From the IMG/VR virus record IMGVR_UViG_3300030329_003470, positions 1 to 64,000 of that record: a stretch of 64,000 bases of DNA. The stretch is one strand, 5' to 3'. The translations under genes and the position numbers were made by a program. The notes below the pieces were generated by a model, which made no database searches, was not told the DNA's origin, and saw only the letters and a list, made by a program, of their open reading frames with translations. Positions 1-8,651 of this stretch are shown piece by piece. Origin of the DNA: a virus. Each line of letters starts with the position of its first letter. The stretch's first letter is position 1.

Positions 1-93
1 CAGTGTGTCAAACGGCCGCGGACATCGCTTTGGTATTTTCAGGTCCTTCGCAGTGTCTATTTTGTAGTGTTCAAACAGTCTTTCATTAATCAT
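1..93 (-). CDS. N-terminal part of a hypothetical protein running off the left edge (MINERLFEHYKIDTAKDLKIPKRCPRPFDTL...)
   Basis: Manually translated open frame from ATG at 93; TAAATA at 100-105 lies 6 nt upstream, as for many genes here. Not in ORF track. Confidence 0.6.
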   Translation of the reverse strand, partial: MINERLFEHYKIDTAKDLKIPKRCPRPFDTL

Positions 94-165
94 TACTGCT
101 ATTTAAAGTGGTTTTGTCAACAATAAAACTTTACCAATCCATACACATATAGGTTGTAATTCCTA

Positions 166-243
166 ATAAATAGTGTTACAATCCGGAGCGATCATCGGCC
201 GATGGTCGCACATTCATGATACAGTAAAGGAGAAATACTATAT
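166..243 (+). promoter_or_regulatory. Late promoter ATAAATA, GC-rich 5' hairpin and SD
   Basis: ATAAATA 166-172; GCGATCATC-GGCC-GATGGTCGC hairpin 188-209; AAAGGAG 226-232 before ATG 244. Confidence 0.7.
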
Positions 244-612
244 ATGAAAATAACTAAGAAAAAAGTAGGCCTAGGTGTGATAGTAATAATCGCCCTTGGG
301 ATACTATGGAGTGTGTTAAAACCCGCTCCTGTCGAAGCGGCTGATGTAGATTTTACATTTGGTGCGGAAAAGGCGATTGATGCAAATACAAATAAGATGT
401 ATTTGGATTCTTCAATTGGTTTACCATTAGGTGTAATAGGTACATCTGGTGTCAATTATGATGTGGATAACAGCATGAACGCCACGTTCGAATCTTTTGA
501 ATTAGATTTTGACAAAGGTGTGACCGACAGATTATCTGTTTACTCCAGATCTGATTTCGATATCAATCTTGATCATACAGACACTACACTAGGATTTAAA
601 ATTAAATTCTAA
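244..612 (+). CDS. Secreted small outer-membrane beta-strand protein
   Basis: Basic plus hydrophobic N-terminus with VEA-A cleavage-like site; alternating beta-strand pattern; C-terminal TLGFKIKF ending in Phe (BAM beta-signal-like). Confidence 0.6.
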   Translation: MKITKKKVGLGVIVIIALGILWSVLKPAPVEAADVDFTFGAEKAIDANTNKMYLDSSIGLPLGVIGTSGVNYDVDNSMNATFESFELDFDKGVTDRLSVYSRSDFDINLDHTDTTLGFKIKF

Positions 613-623
613 TATTAGATTGT

Positions 624-690
624 AAAGGCGGTTAGTTCAAAGAAGGACAGACCGTCTTTACGCATTTTTACGCATTCGCGTAATTTTTAA
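624..690. terminator. Hairpins between convergent genes, probable terminator(s)
   Basis: AAAGGCGGT...ACCGTCTTT (624-659) and TTACGC-ATTC-GCGTAA followed by TTTTT (668-688). Confidence 0.5.
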
Positions 691-715
691 AAAACGCATA
701 TTTGGTAATTGACGC

Positions 716-2149
716 TTATTGCTCTTCGTCTGAGTGAAGTTCGTTAAGCAGTTGTCTTAGTTTGCCACCTTCAACAGTTGCTTTAACTTTACCAATGTCA
801 TCACCTTTTGTAGGATCAGGTACTTTTGGTTGTGCATCAGTTTTATCTGTGCTTACTTTTGATTTTTGTTTTAACGAATCGTATACTAAATTTTTTGTTT
901 TACTATGTTGATTATAGTTTTCTTCTTCTGCTAAATCTCTAATTCTTAAACTGTCAACATCGAATTCTAAATCAACTTTTTGCCCAACACCACTTGAACT
1001 TCTAGTTTTCATAAACTGTATTTGATATCTACCACGTTCCTTCATTGCTCTACTTGTAAAGATACCAATTACGTTATCTGCTGTTTGTATTTTAGAAAGT
1101 CCGCCTGCTATGTGAGAGTGATCAAATTCTATTTCTTCAACACTTGCTCTGTTCAATTGTGATGCAGTTGCTAATAACATTTGTGATTCTACTGCATAGT
1201 TTCTAAGTTCTTCTGATACATATTTGTCTTTAATAAACAAGTCTGCTGGAGATATTCTTTTAGATTTTGGCATCATTAAATCTAAATAATCAATCAGTAT
1301 ACAATCAATTTTCTTTTTAGTTTTTAGTTCAAGTTCTTTAACATATGTTCTTACGTCTAATATTGTACTACCACTTGGCAAGTATTTGATAAACAATAAT
1401 CCGGATTTTTTTCCTAACATCTTAACTTTCATTTCAACATTATCTATTTCTGGAAATACTTTACGTGTTGGTATGTTAGTCATCATTGCATCCAATCTCA
1501 TAGAAGTAAGTTCTTCACTTAATTCAAATGAGATGTACACAGTATTCAAACCAGCAGTTGACCAATTCACTGCAAGATTCTGTAAGAATAAACTTTTACC
1601 TGCGCCTGATCCACCTGCAAAAATGTTTAGTTCTCCTCGGTTAAAACCACCGAACAGTTTCTTATCAATGTTTGGCCAACCTGTGCTGACTTGTCCATTA
1701 GAGTTTTTAAGTTTCTCTAATCTACCTTTTGGATCTTCGAAGTAGTCTGTACCAAGATCTTTTGTCAGTCCAACACTTACCGCTTGTTTAACCATGTCCT
1801 CTACTGGAGCATAGTCTCCTTTTTCTAGTAAGTCTGCTGACTGTAAAATTGCACGTTCAAGTGCTTTATGTCTGGAAAACGTTTCAAATTCATCTAGTAA
1901 CCAATTGAAATGACTTGGATCTAAATCTTTTGCTGATTTTAATTTAATATCGTGTTTAGCATTAACCTGTTCAACGTCAGGCATAACTTTGTATTCTTCC
2001 ATGTAGTCTTTAATAAATTTTGCAATAGGTTGCAACTTTCTATCAAAACTTGCTGGAGTAAAAATATTTTGTGCTCTAGCAAAAGATTCTGCATCTGCTA
2101 GTAACATTTCTAAATATAATTTTTGTACATCAAAGTTATAATCAGCCAT
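716..2149 (-). CDS. gp41: Replicative DNA helicase, DnaB/gp41-like
   Basis: Walker A GGSGAGKS, Walker B ILIDYLD, ASQLNR motif, STGW..ID..L.GGF..GEL. Confidence 0.93.
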   Translation of the reverse strand: MADYNFDVQKLYLEMLLADAESFARAQNIFTPASFDRKLQPIAKFIKDYMEEYKVMPDVEQVNAKHDIKLKSAKDLDPSHFNWLLDEFETFSRHKALERAILQSADLLEKGDYAPVEDMVKQAVSVGLTKDLGTDYFEDPKGRLEKLKNSNGQVSTGWPNIDKKLFGGFNRGELNIFAGGSGAGKSLFLQNLAVNWSTAGLNTVYISFELSEELTSMRLDAMMTNIPTRKVFPEIDNVEMKVKMLGKKSGLLFIKYLPSGSTILDVRTYVKELELKTKKKIDCILIDYLDLMMPKSKRISPADLFIKDKYVSEELRNYAVESQMLLATASQLNRASVEEIEFDHSHIAGGLSKIQTADNVIGIFTSRAMKERGRYQIQFMKTRSSSGVGQKVDLEFDVDSLRIRDLAEEENYNQHSKTKNLVYDSLKQKSKVSTDKTDAQPKVPDPTKGDDIGKVKATVEGGKLRQLLNELHSDEEQ

Positions 2150-3209
2150 ACATCTTTCTCTTTAAATCTATTTTTAGTTTACTACTTTCAGTTGTTTTTA
2201 ATATTGATTGTATAGTAAACAGTCTACCGTATTTTAACACAGCATCCGCGACATCTTCAACCTTATTATCCCATTCTGGAAAAGCAACAGACCAACCAAA
2301 CTCCATTGCTTGATCTACTAATTTTTCACCTGGTTTATCTCTGTCCGGCACTACAATTACCTTTCTATTAAGTCCATCAATTAACTCTCGCTGTATATCA
2401 TTTACCTCTGAACCCAACACACTCACTCCAGAAACGGTAATTGCATCAAATGGTCCTTCAGTCACAATAACAAATTTTCTTGTCCAATCTTGTGCGTCCA
2501 TATTAAAAACGTAACCAGGTTGCACATCAGTATAGTATTTTATTCCGCTGTCATTATTAAAAGAATGTTCTTGCAATCTTCTTCCTGTATATCCAACTAT
2601 TTCGCCTTTCCAAAAGAAAGGAATAATAACTCTATTGTGCATATCAAAAAAAGGATCTGATGAATACATAAAGTCATACCAGTCAGCACCAATGCCTCTG
2701 TCTTCTAAATAAGTTAATAAATGATTTATTTTTTCTTTTTGTAAATTAGTTAATTGTCTTTTATTAACATATCTTTCTCCATCCCAAACTTTTTTATCAG
2801 GAAATCTTTCTAGCCACCATTCTAACTTACGTGAATTAATTGGCAATTTTGTTTTGTTAAAACCTATAAATTTTTTCTTTTGAAATGTAGTACCACCTGA
2901 TTCTTCAAGACGTATTGCTTCTATGGCTAACTTTTGAATTGTATCACTTGGTATGCCAATGTAACTCATAAAAGTTCTCATACGTTGAGTTAAACGTCTG
3001 CCAACTATATAACTTGCCTTGTATCCACAGTTAAAACAATGATAAGATATTGTGCCGTCAGCACTATTCATTATACCACCACGTTTCTTTTTGTCTTGAG
3101 TCTCTCCGTTATGAATGCAACAAGGTGCATTAAAAGAAATCCACCCAGATGGTGTTTTCTTTTTGTTCGCAGGTATGGACGTCAGAATTGTATTCTGGAT
3201 CAGGTTCAT
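2142..3209 (-). CDS. gp61: DNA primase (zinc-binding domain plus TOPRIM)
   Basis: N-terminal CC.H...HCFNCG zinc motif, IIPF...G.IVGYTGR, EGPFD and PDRD TOPRIM motifs; adjacent to helicase. Confidence 0.9.
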   Translation of the reverse strand: MNLIQNTILTSIPANKKKTPSGWISFNAPCCIHNGETQDKKKRGGIMNSADGTISYHCFNCGYKASYIVGRRLTQRMRTFMSYIGIPSDTIQKLAIEAIRLEESGGTTFQKKKFIGFNKTKLPINSRKLEWWLERFPDKKVWDGERYVNKRQLTNLQKEKINHLLTYLEDRGIGADWYDFMYSSDPFFDMHNRVIIPFFWKGEIVGYTGRRLQEHSFNNDSGIKYYTDVQPGYVFNMDAQDWTRKFVIVTEGPFDAITVSGVSVLGSEVNDIQRELIDGLNRKVIVVPDRDKPGEKLVDQAMEFGWSVAFPEWDNKVEDVADAVLKYGRLFTIQSILKTTESSKLKIDLKRKMYG

Positions 3210-3219
3210 AATTTATATT

Positions 3220-4026
3220 TTACTGTCTATAAAGGATTTTGTCAATCTTACCAGTGTTATCAGTTGCATTATCCCAACTAATTCTTATATAATGGTAAAC
3301 ACCGGTAAAGTTATAATAGTAAACTTGGCTTGTAGATATAATATACGATACAGTACTTGATGCTTCACCATCTAAGGTAATATCAAAATAATCTGCATCA
3401 GCAGGACTTGAAGCCATTGTGCCTTGCACTTTAAAATCTCCTGCAAAATCTTGAGTGTATACAGCAATCGTGTGTAATGCTTTGTTATTGTTAGTACCTG
3501 GTTTAGCATTAATTGAACCAGATGTTTTTGCTAATGGTCCACCAGTACCTGTAAATTGTGTAACTGAGGTACTTGCATTAAACTGTGGATAAGCACCATC
3601 TAGCACTTCAATAGTACCAGCACTGACATAACTTGTATCTGCATAAGTTACCACAGTACTACCATCTGTAAGAACTTCTTGTATAGAATACTCATAAAAT
3701 TTTGCATCTAAAGGTTGTAAATCGCCCTCTGTGATTTCTACACTAGCAGTTCCTTTGCTGTCTATAGTTGATCCGTCATCTAGTATTTTTAAAGTTCTTG
3801 TAACTACTGCTTTTTTGCTCTCAGTATCTACAATATTGAACGTATAAGTCTTACCAACTATGTCCTGTTTCTTTTGATCCTCGTTTTTAAAGGTAAACGT
3901 AATTGGGTTATACACACCTCTATACACCTGTAGACGTCTATCGTACACTTTTGAGTTCCTTCCATGATAACCATTTTGGTAAACGATTACCGAGTTTGTG
4001 AGTAAATACCTTTGTATTGTTTGCAT
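3220..4026 (-). CDS. Probable virion structural protein (BppU-N-like first half, beta-rich second half)
   Basis: Thr/Gly/Ser-rich; YRGVYNPITFTFKNEDQK pattern; TAAATA 6 nt upstream of ATG. Confidence 0.45.
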   Translation of the reverse strand: MQTIQRYLLTNSVIVYQNGYHGRNSKVYDRRLQVYRGVYNPITFTFKNEDQKKQDIVGKTYTFNIVDTESKKAVVTRTLKILDDGSTIDSKGTASVEITEGDLQPLDAKFYEYSIQEVLTDGSTVVTYADTSYVSAGTIEVLDGAYPQFNASTSVTQFTGTGGPLAKTSGSINAKPGTNNNKALHTIAVYTQDFAGDFKVQGTMASSPADADYFDITLDGEASSTVSYIISTSQVYYYNFTGVYHYIRISWDNATDNTGKIDKILYRQ

Positions 4027-4058
4027 AGTACATATTTAACAATATTTATGGACAGAGG

Positions 4059-4433
4059 ATGAACGAAATTTTTAAGACATTAAGAGATAAATTCCCATTT
4101 TTAAGCCTAATACGTAAGGGCGACTTAGAGTATGTTGGTATTGTACAAAACCAAGACAATAATGTAATAAGTTTCTATGACTACGGTAGATTAATGAGTC
4201 CGCAGGATAAAATGAGATTTTTGAAATGTGGTGAAATTTGGTGGTATGAGTCTAATAGAAAACTACCAATTAATATATTCCTTAAAGGAGATTTTCGTTA
4301 CTTCCGTACAACTCTAGTAACATTAAATTCAAAAGATATTCAAATAGTAGAAGGCCCTACTGTAAAACTTTCTGAAATTTCAAAGAAACGAATAAAAAGA
4401 AGAACTATCCAATTAGTTAGAAAACCTATCTAG
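4059..4433 (+). CDS. Hypothetical protein
   Basis: 124-aa ORF filling the space between minus-strand genes; normal codon usage. Confidence 0.7.
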   Translation: MNEIFKTLRDKFPFLSLIRKGDLEYVGIVQNQDNNVISFYDYGRLMSPQDKMRFLKCGEIWWYESNRKLPINIFLKGDFRYFRTTLVTLNSKDIQIVEGPTVKLSEISKKRIKRRTIQLVRKPI

Positions 4434-4578
4434 TTTTCTTTTTTTCAGGAAGTATAGCACCTGTTGTAAGATAGTGTAATGTTAAAGGACTATCCGGCTG
4501 ATAACTGTTATACTTTGAGCGATGATTGGATTTCTTGTTCTTTGATTTTTTAGTGAGTTTACGTTTCCTGTGTTGCAC
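4426..4578 (-). CDS. Possible 50-aa very basic small protein (GTG start)
   Basis: Manual translation MQHRKRKLTKKSKNKKSNHRSKYNSYQPDSPLTLHYLTTGAILPEKKTR; fills an otherwise empty 125-nt gap; overlaps the end of the DnaE fragment. Confidence 0.4.
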   Translation of the reverse strand: MQHRKRKLTKKSKNKKSNHRSKYNSYQPDSPLTLHYLTTGAILPEKKKTR

Positions 4579-5149
4579 TAAAACTATATTTATCACGAGC
4601 AATTAAATTCATCTGAACTACGATTGCCTGTGCATAAGCAACTGCGTGTGATTTTTTAAAGAAATAACTGCCATCTGCTGGCCTAATCCAAACCTCTTTT
4701 AAAATATCATCCCACGGTGCATTTACAAGATATCTTTTTGCTGGACGTATAATTGCTAATACAGCCGCAAGTTGTTCTATAGTTTTTGGTTGTAGTTTTG
4801 AAACAATACTGAAATGACCATTTAAATGAAATAGTTCATCAACTATTGTTTGATCTTTAAGCATATCCCAATTAGGTTCTTGTATCATTAGTTCTACAAG
4901 TTCCTGTTCTGATTTTACATTTTTATAAAGATTAACATTTAAACAATCAATTTTAAAATAGCCTCTGTCTTCTGCTTTTTTATAATCAAGTGTTGCGTGT
5001 CCTGTTACTGGATGTTCTGGTACTGCATGAAAGTAAACACCAGTTTTATGTTTTTCGTTTGCTTTCTCATTGATAATTGATGCAGGAGTATGTTTAAATA
5101 ATTTTAATACACCGTCTCTATCAAAAAAATCTATATCTACATCAGGCAT
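4559..5149 (-). CDS. dnaE: DNA polymerase III alpha subunit fragment (catalytic palm region only)
   Basis: PDVDIDF catalytic motif, H..GVY, KIDCL, LAIIRP, FKKSHAVAY; only 196 aa. Confidence 0.85.
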   Translation of the reverse strand: MPDVDIDFFDRDGVLKLFKHTPASIINEKANEKHKTGVYFHAVPEHPVTGHATLDYKKAEDRGYFKIDCLNVNLYKNVKSEQELVELMIQEPNWDMLKDQTIVDELFHLNGHFSIVSKLQPKTIEQLAAVLAIIRPAKRYLVNAPWDDILKEVWIRPADGSYFFKKSHAVAYAQAIVVQMNLIARDKYSFSATQET

Positions 5150-5421
5150 TAGTTTAACGTCCTTTTAGTTTTTTTTTCTTGATACTTAATAAATTCTTTT
5201 CTTGTACCAGGCTTTAAAATTTCTAAACACTGTAACATTTTATGATACCCAATACTTTCTTTTACTTTTAAATTCATATCTGGCATACACACTTTACCAA
5301 TTTCTCCAGTGTGTTTAATGTGTAATATCATGTCTCCTTCTTCCAAATCAAAATCTAATTCGTCATCAATATCAATTTTAACTCTACTCAATTTTTGCCT
5401 CCTTGGCTGTTTCTTGTACAA
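5149..5421 (-). CDS. Hypothetical protein
   Basis: ORF packed in operon; exact start uncertain. Confidence 0.6.
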   Translation of the reverse strand: MYKKQPRRQKLSRVKIDIDDELDFDLEEGDMILHIKHTGEIGKVCMPDMNLKVKESIGYHKMLQCLEILKPGTRKEFIKYQEKKTKRTLN

Positions 5422-6070
5422 ATAATAAATCTGCTGGATAACTTTTAAACTTTGAATTCCAAAACTCTGGACTAATATATCTAGCAGTTAATTGTAATTG
5501 TTCGTCACTAAACGATTTTAACATTTTTTTTCCTGCGTTGCAACCAAGAACTATCCACGGAGATATCTTTCCTTGTTGTATATGTTGTACTGCTCTATTA
5601 GTGTTTACTAATCTAAAGTAGTCACTCCATTGTGCATTTTGTTCTCCTGCCCAGTCCATCATTGTTGCAATACTTCTTTGCAGTGCCGCCTCAACCGGTT
5701 CTACTTTTAATGTATCAATTAGATATGCTTCGTATAAATTATCTCTTGCCCAATGATCTAATTTAATTTTTGATAATATTACATAGTCTATATATTTTTC
5801 TGGATACAGTGGATTTATATGCATCATAAATCTACCAAATTTAACAAACGCATTGTAGTATGCTGAACTACAAAAATCTTCATATGTTTTTTCTTTCATA
5901 TTGTTTTGATGTATTTGATAAAATCTTTGAAACACCATAAAAGCATTCTGCACCCACTTCTCATTTTTTTGTAGATATCTTCTTTTAGGTTCGCAAAGAT
6001 GCACTTGTAAAGTTCTTTCTCGTGCAAATTCTTTATCGCAATAGGTACATTTATTTAGATTCGATGCCAT
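5384..6070 (-). CDS. Hypothetical protein with N-terminal zinc finger
   Basis: CTYC...HLC motif; likely start MASNLNK at 6070 (track start 6091). Confidence 0.65.
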   Translation of the reverse strand: MASNLNKCTYCDKEFARERTLQVHLCEPKRRYLQKNEKWVQNAFMVFQRFYQIHQNNMKEKTYEDFCSSAYYNAFVKFGRFMMHINPLYPEKYIDYVILSKIKLDHWARDNLYEAYLIDTLKVEPVEAALQRSIATMMDWAGEQNAQWSDYFRLVNTNRAVQHIQQGKISPWIVLGCNAGKKMLKSFSDEQLQLTARYISPEFWNSKFKSYPADLLFVQETAKEAKIE

Positions 6071-6509
6071 GTGCCTCCAGCAACTCTTCAAGTTCTCTGT
6101 CTGTAATTACTTTGTCTAATGCTTCTAAGTCCTCAGTATTCCATGTTGGATAAATTTGTTCTAGTTGTTGTAAACTTTTATTTGAAACACGTTTCATAGG
6201 TTTTATCCATGGATGAAATTGTTGCTGTAATGCTCCACACATAGAAGTTAATACCCAGCATAATTTTTTGTGTTTGCTAGATAATGCAAACAAATTTTTA
6301 TTAACACATTCGTTTACCATTTCTACATAGTGTTCAACATAAAAAGGATCTTTAGATGAAACACTTGAAGCATATCTCATCAACATAAAAGGAGAATACA
6401 ACGACTTTTCATGATCGTCTATTCTATCGTAGTAGTCTTTGTTTCTGTAGTCTACTGCTTTAAGACCATTCCGAAGTTCGAAAAATTTCCTTTTGCTTTT
6501 CTCTGTCAT
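6051..6509 (-). CDS. Putative clamp-loader small subunit, gp62-like
   Basis: YSPFMLMRYASS...VNECVN...FHPWIK resembles the gp62 pattern Y.PF..NR.LS...NEMN...W.K; replication context. Confidence 0.5.
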   Translation of the reverse strand: MTEKSKRKFFELRNGLKAVDYRNKDYYDRIDDHEKSLYSPFMLMRYASSVSSKDPFYVEHYVEMVNECVNKNLFALSSKHKKLCWVLTSMCGALQQQFHPWIKPMKRVSNKSLQQLEQIYPTWNTEDLEALDKVITDRELEELLEAHGIESK

Positions 6510-6735
6510 ATTTTAATCCAAACATTGTACACTCTTTTGCTGTTGGAAAATAGAGTGTAAGTTTATTATTTCTCATTTTTAATTCTGTAAATTGCATTTT
6601 TTCTTTTCTCATCCACGTAAACAAATCCACCGGCCAATATCTATCCATCCAAACATATGCACCTTGTATTTTCATTACCGGTGCTTCAATGCTGACGTGC
6701 TTTCTACCAGACCGAGCCATAATCAACCATTTCAC
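6460..6735 (-). CDS. Hypothetical protein
   Basis: Short ORF in operon. Confidence 0.55.
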   Translation of the reverse strand: MKWLIMARSGRKHVSIEAPVMKIQGAYVWMDRYWPVDLFTWMRKEKMQFTELKMRNNKLTLYFPTAKECTMFGLKYDREKQKEIFRTSEWS

Positions 6736-7207
6736 ATTGTCTTGAAATATCTTTTACAAAATAAGCACAAATAGGTGTTGGTCCGTTTGTTAAAGGAACA
6801 GCAAGTAGTTGTCCTGATTTAATTTTAGGAAAATACCATTTAACCTCAGTGTAAATATCTACAACATCAATAGGAAAGAAATCTGGTTTAGCACTTGATA
6901 ATGGATTAAATGTGAATGCATCAAACCCTCTATCATTTAAACTTGTGATTGGTAGCACGTGCATTTCTGGTTGTCCTTGCTCACCTATTAACATTTTCCA
7001 ATCCAAAGGCATTTTTATTTTATATTTTCCTATTTGTAACACTGCCGCCGGAGCATTAAAACTTTCTAAAAATATTAAAGGTATGTAAAAGAAATCTGGA
7101 TTCTCAGGATCTGAATTATCCATTACAGCAAATCTTAATTGTTCATCAACATATTCAGGTATTTTTTCTAATGTGTATGTTCTATTTTCCAGTGTAAGGA
7201 TTTTCAT
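6704..7207 (-). CDS. Hypothetical protein, possibly a degenerate Hint (intein-like) fold
   Basis: Block spacing resembles Hint domains, but Cys1, TxxH and terminal HN are absent. Confidence 0.4.
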   Translation of the reverse strand: MKILTLENRTYTLEKIPEYVDEQLRFAVMDNSDPENPDFFYIPLIFLESFNAPAAVLQIGKYKIKMPLDWKMLIGEQGQPEMHVLPITSLNDRGFDAFTFNPLSSAKPDFFPIDVVDIYTEVKWYFPKIKSGQLLAVPLTNGPTPICAYFVKDISRQCEMVDYGSVW

Positions 7208-8651
7208 AATCTATCTTTTCTATATTATACGGATAATTTGCCTCTTTGTAAAACTTTTTTCTTTGTGTTAAGTGTCTTTTTGCAAACTTGCAACTGCTGG
7301 TAATATCCCAAATCTGCACATTGTCTTTATCTTCTGCTTTACGAATACCTCGTCCTATGCTCTGTATAACTCTTACGAAAGACTTGCCAGGTTCAATAAG
7401 AACAAGATTGAATATCCTAGGAATATTAATACCAACAGATGCGACCCCATAAGTCGCAATAATGATTTTGTTTTGTGTTGTAGACACTTCATCGTAGTGT
7501 TCTTTCCTTTCTGTATTTTTAGTTGATCCTGATATAAACACAGAATCTTTTAATTTTTTTTGTAGTATTTCTCCCGCGGATATTCTGTCTACTAAAATTA
7601 GTGTGTTTCCTGATGAAGAAATATCTTTTATAGTTTGTGCAATCCAGGTCATCCTGTTGCTATCCGTAGTTAGCCATTTTAATTCTTCTTGGTAGTTTTT
7701 GAACATTGGGTGGTCTTGTGTTTGTAAAATATTTACATGGCATTGTGCAAGTACACCCTTGTCTTGTAATTCTTTAGCAGGAAGTTTGTTTATAACTTCA
7801 CCAATAGAAACTTTAATACCCATAAATTCAAATTCTGCTTTAGGTACTGTGCCTGTTAATCCCCAACGTATACCGCAGTGTGCAAATGGTCCTGTTAATA
7901 ATCTTTTAAGCACATCTGCTTTTGCCATATGTACTTCGTCTATTATTACAGTATTAATACCTTCGCAAAATTCTTTAAACTCAGTGCTGTGTTGATCTTT
8001 TGATCTTTTTTCTAATACATTTAAAGATTGCCAAGTTGCTATTGTGTTATATCTTCCTACTTCTTTTCTATCTCCAAAATAAACACCTGTATCTAAATTA
8101 CAAGCAAGAAAGTCTTCTTCTGTTTGTGTAACTAAACTTTTGTTTGGAACTATTGTTATTGTACGTCCATAAGGTTCAACCAACTGGCACAGTGCCGCAG
8201 TAATAATGGTCTTACCTGCACCAGTGGCGATCTCTTGTATACATTGTGGGTTTTCTATAAACTTGTTTATAGTTTCCACTTGATAGTCTCTTAATTCTAT
8301 ATTTTGTCCAGCACATGGATGATTCTCTGGCCATTGTATATTAGACAAATAATCTTTGTTTATTGCATTAAATTGAAAATCGTGTTTAGTTCTTTGATCC
8401 TCAAAGTCAACATATACTCCTGCTTCTTCAAGTATAGGAAGTATTTGTTCAACAAGACTCAAATATGTTGTACCACCTAAACCAAAAAATGCAATTTTAC
8501 CATCCCATCTGCCTAACTTAACAGAGGGTAAATGAAATGCATATGGAACTTGGTATTTGAATTTATTGTGTAAACGTTGTCTCCATTTAAGATCTAGATT
8601 CTCAAATTTTACGTTTACTTCATCTTTAATTACTAATTTACACGAACTCAT
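7182..8651 (-). CDS. uvsW: SF2 DNA helicase, UvsW-like
   Basis: LRDYQ Q-motif, ATGAGKT, DEVH, GLTGT, SVGINIP, QSIGRGIR. Confidence 0.9.
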   Translation of the reverse strand: MSSCKLVIKDEVNVKFENLDLKWRQRLHNKFKYQVPYAFHLPSVKLGRWDGKIAFFGLGGTTYLSLVEQILPILEEAGVYVDFEDQRTKHDFQFNAINKDYLSNIQWPENHPCAGQNIELRDYQVETINKFIENPQCIQEIATGAGKTIITAALCQLVEPYGRTITIVPNKSLVTQTEEDFLACNLDTGVYFGDRKEVGRYNTIATWQSLNVLEKRSKDQHSTEFKEFCEGINTVIIDEVHMAKADVLKRLLTGPFAHCGIRWGLTGTVPKAEFEFMGIKVSIGEVINKLPAKELQDKGVLAQCHVNILQTQDHPMFKNYQEELKWLTTDSNRMTWIAQTIKDISSSGNTLILVDRISAGEILQKKLKDSVFISGSTKNTERKEHYDEVSTTQNKIIIATYGVASVGINIPRIFNLVLIEPGKSFVRVIQSIGRGIRKAEDKDNVQIWDITSSCKFAKRHLTQRKKFYKEANYPYNIEKIDYENPYTGK

